A stretch of 63,835 nucleotides of DNA, filler included, from Octopus bimaculoides (GCF_001194135.2; 6 parts of 6 records of this genome joined end to end with filler, not necessarily neighbours in it), one strand, 5' to 3'; shown: positions 11,675-23,069, numbered from the whole stretch's first letter. The notes: generated by a model from the sequence alone, not told the origin. A program made the numbers and translations.

Positions 11675-12352
11675 CAGGGTGTTCGGGTTAAATTTGACAG
11701 TTTGATCAAAATGAAACGAAAACAAAATATGCCATCTAAAAATAAGTTGTTTTTTTTTTTAAATCAAAATACATCAACTAGATTATGGCTGGGGGATAAC
11801 AGTTTTCTCGAAGTAGCCGCCTCAGCTCCCATCACGTCCTTAAGACGACCCGAGGGCCTGGCACATGCGTTCCTAACTATGTCTCTGGGAAAATCTTCGA
11901 ACACCGCCTTGAGCTTGTCCACCGGCTTGGTCTTGGTGTTGCAATCAGTGTGGTTAGTGTCTTTCTCAATGGTGCCACACACATAGTAATCCATGGGATT
12001 ACAATCAGGGGAGTTAGGAGGCCAGAAATTGTGGTCGGTGAAGTCATAAATTCTCCAACAACCACTTTCCACTGTTCCTGGATGTATGGCAAGGAGCCAA
12101 ATCATGCTTCCACACATATGACCTTCCAGTAGCAACCGTCTCCAGTCAGGGATTGACCACAGTCTCCAGCAGCCTTACATAGCTGCCTGAATTGAGCCTA
12201 AGTCTCTGTTCATCAGGGGGGGGGGGGTTATGAATTCCGACATATAAACATATTCTAACGATAGTAAAGGTCCTGAAACACCTGAAATTTTGAAAACCTG
12301 TAATAATATTTATAGCTAAAAATAGGGTATTTTTATACCGAAACATCACCTA
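11675..12352 (-). mobile_element. Internally deleted Tc1/mariner element, maT (DD37D) type; decayed transposase
   Basis: Minus: YVRLLETVVNP*LETVATGRSYVWKHDLAPCHTSRNSGKWLLEN[fs]YDFTDHNFWPPNSPDCNPMDYYVCG. 37 residues lie between the 2nd and 3rd catalytic D once a 1-bp deletion is restored. TA|CAGGGTG terminus at 11673; degenerate right end at about 12352. Confidence 0.85.
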
Positions 12353-12829
12353 TACAAAGGAAAATGAGTAAAATAAATTGTAACACATCTACAAGTTATG
12401 TATGCATATGTATGCACACACACACACTCACACATTTATGTGTGTGTGTGTGTGTAATTATATATGTGTGTGCGTGCAATTATATGTATTTGTGTGTGTT
12501 CAATTGTGTGTGTGTTTGTGTGTGCGCACGAAACTTTTAAAGCTTAAAACACTTCAACAATTACTCTGGTGTGTTTCATACATGGTGTTTCGGGGACGGG
12601 GTTCTATGTATTATAAAAGGAATTTTATAATATATCATAACGTGAATTTTTCTAGGAACTTCAAATATTGCCTAATGGCAATTGTTCTTTTATAACGTTT
12701 ATACAGAGAAAACTAGAAAGCTTCATTTTTAAAAACATGTATAAATGTATACAATTATATGAAGAATTCTATAACGAAGTTTAAAAGAACGTCTTTAATT
12801 CTCTTGCTCGCAACAGAAGTAAATCCACT

Positions 12830-13110
12830 GCTCGCTGAGTGGGGAGTAACCGTCTTGGGATAAATATTGAGGATTCCCCTTTTATTGAATACATACACAA
12901 ATATCAACACACGGAACATTGGTGGAACACTTCCATCAAAACATTTAAGTTTAAACACAACAGGCCGTATACTGCTGTTTGTGACAGACGAGAAATAGTA
13001 TGTACCATCAGAGAGGTCAGCTGCCCTGCTGATGTGAATATGTCTAGAAAATCAATGAGAAAGAGGATAACTACGGACAGCTGCTTTGAAACCTCTAGAT
13101 TCTATGTACG
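12830..13110 (+). mobile_element. RLE-bearing non-LTR retrotransposon fragment (R4/Dong/NeSL-like endonuclease domain)
   Basis: WWNTSIKTFKFKHNRPYTAVCDRREIVCTIREVSCPADVNM, then in a shifted frame KINEKEDNYGQLL; matches the HNRPD...E...K..Y restriction-like endonuclease pattern; decayed. Confidence 0.7.
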
Positions 13111-13444
13111 TATTATTAATTCACATTTATACCAATAATAATTGGTACACTTCGTTTTTTGAGCATATGCCTTAGTGATAATCTGTGTAAGCTAGGGTTT
13201 TTTAGAGAAAAATCAACCAATTCGCAAATTACAAATAGAACTTGTAAGTAGAACAGTATATATATGCATGACTTTTGTCAAGTTTAAAATGTGAATTTGT
13301 TTTCCTTATCTACATTCCAACGATAGAGATTTGTAGCCTGATCAAAAGCCTTCTTAACAAGAAGACTTCAAACAATTAAATGCAGAAGAGAACATTCATA
13401 CATGTTATATTAGCATTACACATTAATTTCATTGTGATCAACCA

Positions 13445-13755
13445 ACGAAATCGTTAGAGCGTCAGACAAAATGACTTGGCATATCTATCTCAGCTTTTTA
13501 CGTTATGAGTTCAAATCCCACTGGAGCCAAATTCGTCTTTCGTCCTTTCATGGGCCGATAAAACAAAATACCCGTCAAGTACCGGCATTGATGTAATCAA
13601 TTTCTTCTACCCACTCAAAATTACTGTCTTCGAACTCTGCAACAGCCCGGCATCCCATTCAGGGAGAATGCTCTAATCTTGATCACTTACATTTCCCATG
13701 GAAACCAGGTAGACAGCCTTATGAGTCCTGGGGCTCAAGAAAAACAAAATAAATA
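13445..13755 (+). mobile_element. Chimeric SINE (family A + V-like module), second copy
   Basis: Same order of modules as 8910-9216. Confidence 0.6.
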
Positions 13756-14597
13756 AAACATTATCTCGGTTCTTTACATCCAGCGTTAAAATCCCGCCGA
13801 AGCCGACTTTGTCTTTCATCATTCTTTGGATTGATAAAATAAAGTAGCAATGAAGTCCTGAAACTAAGGTGTCGACTAATGCTCTCTATCTAACGTAGCT
13901 TTGCGCCTATATTAGAAATATTTATTACATATATAATCCCTATGTTGCCAAAAAAATGTCGTGCGTTAAGACATCTTTAATATGAAATTCATTCTCTAAG
14001 TAATAGTGCTAATAAAAAATGTAAGACTGGTATTTAAATATCTATACATATAAGTAATATAAATGCTGTAGTTATGCTTATAACTATAAACACAAATTTA
14101 AGATAAATTAGAACACTTTTTTACTTTAGTAAATTAATATAGTAAAATAGTTTTAATAGAATCTTTTTTATAAATTCGGAGAGAAATCCAGAATATAAAA
14201 TGATTGTTTTTACATGAGTAAAAAAAAGAAGAAATAAAATAAGATTTAACACTCCTTATTTTATTCAATTTTTGTTCTCATACTTAACGTCTGTTCAAGA
14301 TGAATGAAAGAAAGAAAATGGTTGCCAACACAGAAATCTATTTAATATACCGCATAAGAGAAGACATTCATGTATACGCCCTGTTGGATTTGTGGCTCAC
14401 AGTTTAATGGGAAAAATTCTAAATTATCGTGTTTGCAAAGAGCTAACCGGTAACTGGTATTTCTTGAATAAACAAAAAAATAATCTAAGCAAAAGATATT
14501 TTAACATGAAATATGAAAATGTTTATATATTCATACGTGTATGTATATTTTATTGTTTTACAACTACTTGTCATTCATTTCAAATCCNNNNNNNNNN

Positions 14598-14640
<43 letters not shown>

Positions 14641-16687
14641 TTTTCTTCCTCTCTTTCACACACACATACACATTTTCACTCTTTTCCTTTCTCTTCTTCT
14701 CTCACTCTTTCTCTCCCTCATTCTCTTTCTCTTTTCATTTGTTTGCCCTACCCACCAACCCTTCAAGTTAAAATATGTACCATGCAGAGAAAAGTAGTCT
14801 TCACATTATACTCCATTAGCGTTTCGTTTTCATGATGTATTGAACTAAAACCCTTCAATGGACAAACCTTTACAGAGAGAAAGGCGAGTTTACAACAGAA
14901 GCACTAAAAAACCTGCTTTGTTCAAAAAAGTACTTTAATAAGCTCTAAATGTTAACTACTCTCTAAATATATTTCAACTAATTTAACATACCTCAACACA
15001 ATGTTGCAAACATTGTAGCATATTGAGGATAAGATTATATACTTCTGTGGAACATATTTAGACGATGTAAACTGAAACGCCATAAGGTATAAATACAATG
15101 AATAATAAAAAAACAGCACAGGATTGTTAAGATTCAATATGGTATTAGCTTAAAGCTTTAATGGAAAGAGAAAGTGCCTTAACGTTTTTTTCTCTTTCCA
15201 TTAATGTGTCAAGCAAAATATATGGTAGCAGCAAGCAAATGGGATAACATTAGGTGAATAGATAATAGCAGCAAACAAATATACAATAGCAATAAAAAAA
15301 ATGTATGACAAGAACAAGCGAGTATGGTGAAGCTATTTGCTATTAAGACTTATCGCAAACTGTGCCACTCGACATCAAAATATAATGAATCTGTGGAAGT
15401 AGAACGAAATAGCAACTCGAAACTGATTTTAAAATTTATGTAAGAAATACCAGACAAAATAAAACAACCATCAATTACTACGTTTATGTATTTGTTTTGC
15501 AACATCTTTGATGTAAAATTGTGTGGGCGGTCATCTTTTGCCACACGCACTATTTATTTGATCTTCACTTTAGTTTTATTATTATCTTTTATGTTTAACT
15601 TACTTGTCTGTCAAAGTTCTTTCGTCACACATTCTGTGACCTCTTCAACGTTTCAACGACTCTCTGTCGCATATGTCCTGCCTATTCCATTTTGCCCTGA
15701 CAATCCCCAAGAATAACGAAATCATCAATTAACATTTTAATTAATTCTTGTCAAACTCAAATTTTTAATTTGTTACAGAGACAGGGACAAGAAGCGTGGT
15801 ATTAACGTGTTCTTGTTTTGTTTTGTTTTTTGCTTTTTTTTTTTGAAGTGGATTAGCGGAATAGGTTGGAGTGAATTGGTTTCAACAAGGAATCGTTACG
15901 GACTCACAGACTTCACTTGTCAAAAGTTTACCTCTTGAATTATAATAACATCAGACAAATATGATATTAAGTAATATTCGCTATTATATTACGATATATA
16001 TTATTTAGATTTTGGCTTCTGTTTGTGATTCAGTTCCACTATGTTCTCAGAAACGTTATTTACATTTCCTTCTTATTAAACATAATTTCAAACAAGTTAC
16101 AAATGTATATGGAGATATCTATTTCCGTTTTTTCTTTGTTTAAATTTTGGATGCAGACATTTGAACCATATTACAAAACCAGACGGTGTTGAGAAATCAG
16201 CCAAGTGGATTGATGTTAACAAGATGAAAGATATAAGAAAGAAATAAAGAAATAATTTATCAGCAAATCTCTAGCATTTGTTGGCCAAACTTTAGTTACA
16301 TCATTAAATAATCAAAAACTTGGACAAAGGAATTTTTGATTCATGGGTTTCTCTAGAATTGTTGCAAAGTACTTCACAGACTGTTCTTGCATATCTTTAT
16401 TTTTATATTCGTTTTCTGAGATTTGAAACGTTCGATTGTTTACATTACCGAATATGACATCAAAAAGAAATTTTGAAAGACAGAACAAGATTATGTCTCG
16501 TGCCTTGAAGGGGATGGGGACAGGGCACTAATTTCAAGGGTACTGTGTGGGTTTTTTTGCCTTATCATTATTATTATTTCTTTTAATCTCGGCTTTTGTT
16601 AGAACTCCTGAAGTCTTGCATGTGTCGCGGGCTTACTGCCTGCAGCCTACTGTACCGTGCTATCTGTTCTTTTCAACTATCTATCTA

Positions 16688-16734
<47 letters not shown>

Positions 16735-16755
16735 GTTGTTGTTGTTATTATTATT

Positions 16756-16923
16756 GCGAAATGTTTAGCAGTAGTTCATCTGTCGTTACGTTCTGAGTTC
16801 AAATTCCGCCGAAGACGATTTTGCCTTTCATCCTTTTGGGGTCGATAAGTGAAGTACCAGTTGCGTACTGGGGTCGATTTAACCCCCTCCCCATAAATTT
16901 CGGGCCTTGCGCCTAGAGTAGAA

Positions 16924-16925
<2 letters not shown>
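16756..16925 (+). mobile_element. SINE family A, 5'-truncated, (ATT)n tail
   Basis: Family A core; flanked on both sides by ATT repeats. Confidence 0.85.
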
Positions 16926-16966
<41 letters not shown>

Positions 16967-16967
<1 letters not shown>

Positions 16968-17183
16968 GGCAGTGAGCTGACAGAATCGTTAGTACGCTGG
17001 GAAGCGTGCTTAGCAGCCTTTCGTCTGTCTTTACGTTCTGAGTTCAAATTTCGCCGAGGTTGTCTTTGCCTTTCATCTCTTTGGAGTCAATAAAATAAGT
17101 ACTAGTTGAGTACTGGGGTCGATGTAATCGACTTATCCCCTCCCCCATAAAATTTCAGAATTTGTACCTATAGTAAAAAGAAT
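16967..17183 (+). mobile_element. SINE family A, full length, (ATT)n tail
   Basis: AGGCAGTGAGCTGACAGAATCGTTAG head, GAGTTCAAAT, core. Confidence 0.85.
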
Positions 17184-17188
17184 TATTA

Positions 17189-17249
<61 letters not shown>

Positions 17250-17251
17250 CA

Positions 17252-17500
17252 TCATATAGTGTGCACAAGTGTGTTAAATTTTGAATCAGGGTTCTTGATA
17301 CCGGGTCGCAACCAATATACGAGGACCTTTCGAACGATCCTTGCTGTTCTCAATCGACCAGATTTCCGTATTAATGCAACTCTCGTAGTTACACCGATCT
17401 CTATTAGGAAATCCCAAGTGTTGCTAACGCTACCTAGGGCGCCTATAATTACTGGGGTTACTTTTGCAGGGAACCCTCCACAGATTTCGCAATATCCCTA
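17252..17500 (-). mobile_element. R4/Dong-like non-LTR retrotransposon 3' end with (TAA)n tail
   Basis: Minus: RDIAK/LWRVPAKVTPVIIGALGSVSNTWDFLIEIGVTTRVALIRKSGRLRTARIVRKVL fits the VPVIIGALG...LGTARILRKVL C-terminus of R4-clade ORFs; followed by (TAA)n at about 17185-17250. Confidence 0.75.
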
Positions 17501-17996
17501 GCCAAGTCAATTTTGCCTTTCATCTTTCCGGCGTCGAGAAAATAAAGTACCAGTTAAGTCCTTCTTTTAGTTTTAGAAGTATATCCACTGGAGCTTCTTT
17601 GGTGCTCCGTCCCGGGAATCGATGCATGGGCCGAGAGCACCTCTTGCCTTGCAACCAAGTACTTATAACACAAACCCGTTAAGCATGTCACGTGTCAACT
17701 TTTCTTTTTTTTCTTTTTTGCATTTTTCTCCTTTTTTTGTTTTTCACAAATTCTATAATATTATTAATGTGAAAAATAATATTTTTTTTTTAAATTATTA
17801 ACTACTTACACACGTACGCATTCACCCAATCACACACACACACACACACACACACATACATACATACATACATACATACATACATACATACATACATACG
17901 TACGTACGTACATACATACAAGCATAAACACACACACACATACATACATACATACATACATACATTCATACATACATACATACATACATACATACA

Positions 17997-18331
17997 TGAT
18001 GGCTGCCCCCTCGTTATCGAGTATGGCCATTGCACGAAGCTTAACTTAACGGTGCTGTGATCGAATGTGACTTTTTAGCCCAGCCAAAGATCTACAATGT
18101 CTTGCACAGAGTTGGCATCCAAAACCTTTACTGGCAATAGCTGGCTGTTGTTGTAATTGGGCTCCGTGTACCTGTGCGTGTCGTTTAAGTCCTCCTGCTG
18201 AATCACACTCCCTTCCACATGCCCGACAGACATGATTAGTATGGTGTGTAGCATCATCACCAACGGCCTGGTAGTCAATCATCGGTCTTGGATAACTCAT
18301 GAGTCCAGCTTTACTGAGGCACCGTCTTGTA
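17997..18331 (-). mobile_element. RTE-clade LINE 3' end encoding tandem C2H2 zinc fingers, embedded in (ATGT)n
   Basis: CRACGRECDSAGGLKRHAQVH (CX2CX12HX3H) and CQLCARHCRSLAGLKSHIRSQH (CX2CX12HX4H); stop at 18046-18048; short 3' UTR ending GGCAGCCATC, then (ATGT)n. Confidence 0.8.
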
Positions 18332-18556
18332 CATACATACATACATACATACATACATGGAGATGCACACACCGACGTATTGCTAGACTCGGCACGTAAG
18401 CTCACAAGCATAGACTCATTCATGCATACACATGCTTACATATACACTCATTATTAACAACTCGCGCAAATATATATACACACGCACATGCATACATATA
18501 CGCACACACATACATAAATACCACCTGACAAATACTCAAACACCTATACCCAGACT

Positions 18557-18596
<40 letters not shown>

Positions 18597-19598
18597 GATT
18601 CACTAACATAGGCAAACATACAAAAACACACACACGGACAAAGGTAAATGAACACACACACACGTACAGGCGCAAATACACACACACGCACACATACACA
18701 CATGCACATACACTATACGCTTATACTCAAGTACACATATACACACTTACAAAACATCAGAGACGCGCACACGCACATATCGCTGTCGTTCTTCGGTGTT
18801 TGTCACTATTGTTTTTGTTTTAGTCGCCGTCGTCGTCACCGCCGCCAACGTCGTCATCGCCGCCATCATCGTCACCGCCGCCGTCATCGTCGCCGCCATC
18901 ATCAGCTTCGTCGTAGGCGGCGGCGGCGGAGGCGGCGGCGGCGGAGGCGGCGGAGNNNNNNNNNNNNNNNNNNNNNNNNNNNNNNNNNNNNNNNNNNNNN
19001 NNNNNNNNNNNNNNNNNNNNNNNNNNNNNNNNNNNNNNNNNNNNNNNNNNNNNNNNNNNNNNNNNNNNNNNNNNNNNNNNNNNNNNNNNNNNNNNNNNNN
19101 NNNNNNNNNNNNNNNNNNNNNNNNNNNNNNNNNNNNNNNNNNNNNNNNNNNNNNNNNNNNNNNNNNNNNNNNNNNNNNNNNNNNNNNNNNNNNNNNNNNN
19201 NNNNNNNNNNNNNNNNNNNNNNNNNNNNNNNNNNNNNNNNNNNNNNNNNNNNNNNNNNNNNNNNNNNNNNNNNNNNNNNNNNNNNNNNNNNNNNNNNNNN
19301 NNNNNNNNNNNNNNNNNNNNNNNNNNNNNNNNNNNNNNNNNNNNNNNNNNNNNNNNNNNNNNNNNNNNNNNNNNNNNNNNNNNNNNNNNNNNNNNNNNNN
19401 NNNNNNNNNNNNNNNNNNAGGTGGTGGTGGCGGCGGCGGCGGTGGAGGCGGCGGTGGCGGCAGCGGCGGCGGTGGTAGTAGTGGTGATGACGATTGCTGA
19501 TGACGATGACGATGGCGGTCTTAATAATGAGTTGTTCTCTCTTTCCCTGCGTTACCGTCATCACTGGTATTTCCATTGTTAATTATCGCTGACATTGT

Positions 19599-19634
<36 letters not shown>

Positions 19635-20239
19635 AGAGGTGGTTGTCGTACAAATTGTTGCTGAAAGTGATACCGTACTTGTTGCTGTTATTGTTGCTGC
19701 TACTACTGCTAATATGCTTTTTACACTCATTATTTTACTGTTGTTTTCGCTATCGTCCTTGTTAACGAGATTGATGTAGTTATTGTTATTATTATTATTA
19801 TTATTATTATTAATATTATTATTATTATTATTATTATTATTGTTGTTGTTGTCGGTATTTTTTTGCCATAAATGTTTCTTTTGTTGTTGTTATTTAGTAA
19901 TTAATCATCACCAGACTTGTAAGCAGTTTACTTAAACGGTTTCTAAAATATCCTGTTCTTGCTTTTAATTACTGCATTGTTTGTTGTTAATTAAGACCAG
20001 AGTACTTATTGATCTGTACAACAGCTGCAGCGACACCTCGCTCCTCGCTCTTAACTCACAACCAACAACAACAACAACAGCAAGACCAACATCAACGCTG
20101 CATCACCACCACCACCACCACCACCATAACCACCACCACCACTATCACCATAACCACCACCACCAACACCACCACCACCATAACCACCACCACCACCACC
20201 ATAACCACCACCACCACCACCACCATAACCACCACCATA

Positions 20240-20339
20240 NNNNNNNNNNNNNNNNNNNNNNNNNNNNNNNNNNNNNNNNNNNNTTAATTAATTAANNNNN
20301 NNNNNNNNNNNNNNNNNNNNNNNNNNNNNNNNNNNNNNN
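20240..20339. other. Artificial scaffold linker (44N-TTAATTAATTAA-44N)
   Basis: Identical 100-bp structure at five positions; the 12-mer has stops in all six frames. Confidence 0.95.
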
Positions 20340-20463
20340 TAACAGCCTAACCAAGTGTGAAACTCAGAGTAGATTGTCAGCTTTTTATATAATGAACTTA
20401 CACAGTACCCTGCATATTGAATTCTATAGCTTGTCTGTTCTATGAAAAATATGTAACACGTTC

Positions 20464-21067
20464 AAGTGCATTTGGACGCAAGAAAACCTTCCGCTGTGAA
20501 AACAGTTCAAGGAGAAAATTCTCCTCATAGACATGAGCGAAAATACGTTTGCCAGTAAATTACGTCATTGGACTGTAGGACACGTGCTTTTTTGGTGGGG
20601 GGGGGCATCCTTTTGCTTCATCAATTATGAACACCAAATCTGTCATTCGCATCCCAATACGAGCGGAATTATTCTTATTGAAACAGTATGCAGTACGTTT
20701 GCTGGTATGCATAAAGCCTGGTCAGGACTTTTTGCGCAGTGGAAGTTATTCTCACGGCTGAAACACTCGATCGTGTTAAATACGACTTTACATGAATATA
20801 TTTTGTTTAACGCTGCTATTTAATTCTAGCTTGACCAAGCTTTACAGAAATCAGCAAACGTACTGTATGTTGCTTTAATTAAAACAAATTTCGTTCTTTT
20901 CAGTCTTTGAAGCATAAGTGCATGTGCTGATGAAGCAGAAGTGCATGTGCTCCATGATCCCCTAACATCGCTCTCAGCCCAATTTGTGTTTTCATACATG
21001 TCTAAGAGGAGAATTTTCTTATAGGACTATTTCCACAACGTAAAGTCTTCTCACATCCGATGCATTC
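20464..21067. mobile_element. Non-autonomous DNA element (about 600 bp) with about 90-bp degenerate TIRs, unclassified
   Basis: TGCATTTGGACG...GAAAATTCTCCTCATAGACATG (about 20467-20552) is complementary to CATGTCTAAGAGGAGAATTTTC...CATCCGATGCA (about 20980-21064). Confidence 0.65.
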
Positions 21068-21074
21068 CTACAAG

Positions 21075-21235
21075 GACAGCAGCATAAAGAAGTGCTGATA
21101 GCTAAATATGGATGTAACCTATGGATGAGGGAGACTCAGAATGACGTGGAACAAAGTAGCGAAAACTGACTCCAGGATGTTGAGCCTCCTGGAGGAAATG
21201 GCAAAGGACTAAGATGATTGGTGAGAAGACCTATA
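21075..21235 (+). mobile_element. RTE-like LINE 3' fragment (decayed)
   Basis: GRLRMTWNKVAKTDSRMLSLLEEMAKD*DDW resembles RTE GRPRxTW...A.DR..W. Confidence 0.45.
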
Positions 21236-21238
21236 CAT

Positions 21239-22213
21239 AGGCGTGATTGTATGGGTAGAAGCTTGCTTCCCAACCACATGGTTCTGGGTTCAGTCCCACA
21301 GCGTGACACCTTGGGTAAATGTCTTCTACTATAGCTTCAGGCTGACCAAAGCCTCCTGAGTAGGCTTCGTTGACGGAAACTGAAAGAAGCCCACCGTGTA
21401 GATATATATATATATATGTATGTATGTATATATATATANNNNNNNNNNNNNNNNNNNNNNNNNNNNNNNNNNNNNNNNNNNNNNNNNNNNNNNNNNNNNN
21501 NNNNNNNNNNNNNNNNNNNNNNNNNNNNNNNNNNNNNNNNNNNNNNNNNNNNNNNNNNNNNNNNNNNNNNNNNNNNNNNNNNNNNNNNNNNNNNNNNNNN
21601 NNNNNNNNNNNNNNNNNNNNNNNNNNNNNNNNNNNNNNNNNNNNNNNNNNNNNNNNNNNNNNNNNNNNNNNNNNNNNNNNNNNNNNNNNNNNNNNNNNNN
21701 NNNNNNNNNNNNNNNNNNNNNNNNNNNNNNNNNNNNNNNNNNNNNNNNNNNNNNNNNNNNNNNNNNNTATATATATATATTGACCGTTGACTGAACACTA
21801 TTCAATTTTTTTTCTCCGTGTTTTTCTCCTTGTCTCCGTATTCTTTCTGTTGAAGAGCGTAGCTCGAAACGTCAAAGACTTTCCGTATTCCCGAGCATCA
21901 TACTAATATATACTTTTGTTATTTACACCACCAGTCCTCGTATGTTGTTATTTTTTGTATATTCTCCCATATATATATATATATATATTTGTGTGCCTTT
22001 GTATCTGCGTTTGTCCCCATACCATTGCTTGACAACCGGTGTTGGTATGTTTATATCCCCGTAACCTAGCAGTTTGGCAAAAAGTATCGATAGAATAAGT
22101 ACTAGGCTTATAAAGAATCAACCCTGGGGTCAATTTCTTCGACTAAAACCCCTCAAGGTGGTGCTCCAGCATGGCTGCAGTCAAATGACTGAAAGAAGTA
22201 AATGATTAAAAGA
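21239..22213 (+). mobile_element. SINE family B, full length, with expanded internal (TA)n, gap and nested insertion
   Basis: Head at 21239-21400, (TA)n plus gap, nested module at 21782-21969, family B tail at about 21985-22213. Confidence 0.85.
21842..21878 (+). ncRNA. Minimal type I hammerhead-ribozyme-like motif (A6U core variant) in a Penelope-like terminal module
   Basis: TCTTT-CTGTTGA-A-GAGC-GTA-GCTC-GAAAC-GTC-AAAGA: perfect 5-bp helix I, 4-bp helix II, palindromic ACGT helix III, GUC triplet. Confidence 0.55.
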
Positions 22214-22829
22214 TCTTAGCAGTTATGTGTCCCTGTACCCAACCCACATTTGCCAGTATGGCACTATACCTGCCAATGAATATCCCTTTACCTTGAGCGC
22301 CATCTTATGACTGCCATACTCATCCATAACTCTCATATCCCTTTCATATCTGCCACCAACACCCCCTTAACCATCACTCACTATATCCACCCACTACATA
22401 CCTCTGATCTCAATCTCTTTTACAGTGCATCCTTCTCTCTTACTTTCCCATTTCACATCATCTCCCCTTTTCTCATCTAGGTAAGGTTTTGTTTTGCTGT
22501 TGCTCTTTACCTCCCTCCTTATATGTACTGCCACTTTTATCCCCTTCTCCCTGATCCACTCCTATTTTCTTTTAACTTCTCTCAAATTAAGATTACTATT
22601 CACTGCAACCACCTCTATCCCTTTCTCTAACCATCTGTCACTCTCCTCTCACACCCTTGCAAACCTACTCCCATAGCCTTTCCAGTTCTTTGTTTGTCAC
22701 TACTCTCCATTATTCACCTTCTGGTGTTAATGCTTCTCCTCTACTCCATCCTCCAATGCTTCTCCATATTGTGGTCATGGATTAATAGATTCTCTTACTT
22801 TAAGTCATTAAATTCTGATTCTATTAGAC

Positions 22830-23066
22830 CAGTCTTTCTCAACCATTTTTTTGCCTATGGACCCTTTTGATTCCTATTTTACTTGGGTGGACCCTCCAAG
22901 CCATTCGATGTTTAAAAATTCTTATTACATTTTTACAATCAAATATTAGTAGGAACTATATAAAGATAATTATCAAAATATTTTGTGTTTTGTAAAAGAA
23001 TAAGCAATTTATTGCACATAAACTTTAACACCAAAATCTTAAATGGACCCTGGTTGAGAACCATTA
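22830..23066. mobile_element. hAT (Charlie/Buster-type) MITE, same family as 50885-51227
   Basis: CAGTCTTTCTCAACC ... GGTTGAGAACC termini; subterminal CCATTCGAT and TCTTAAATGGACCCT shared with 50885-51227 in reverse orientation. Confidence 0.75.
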
Positions 23067-23069
23067 TGC

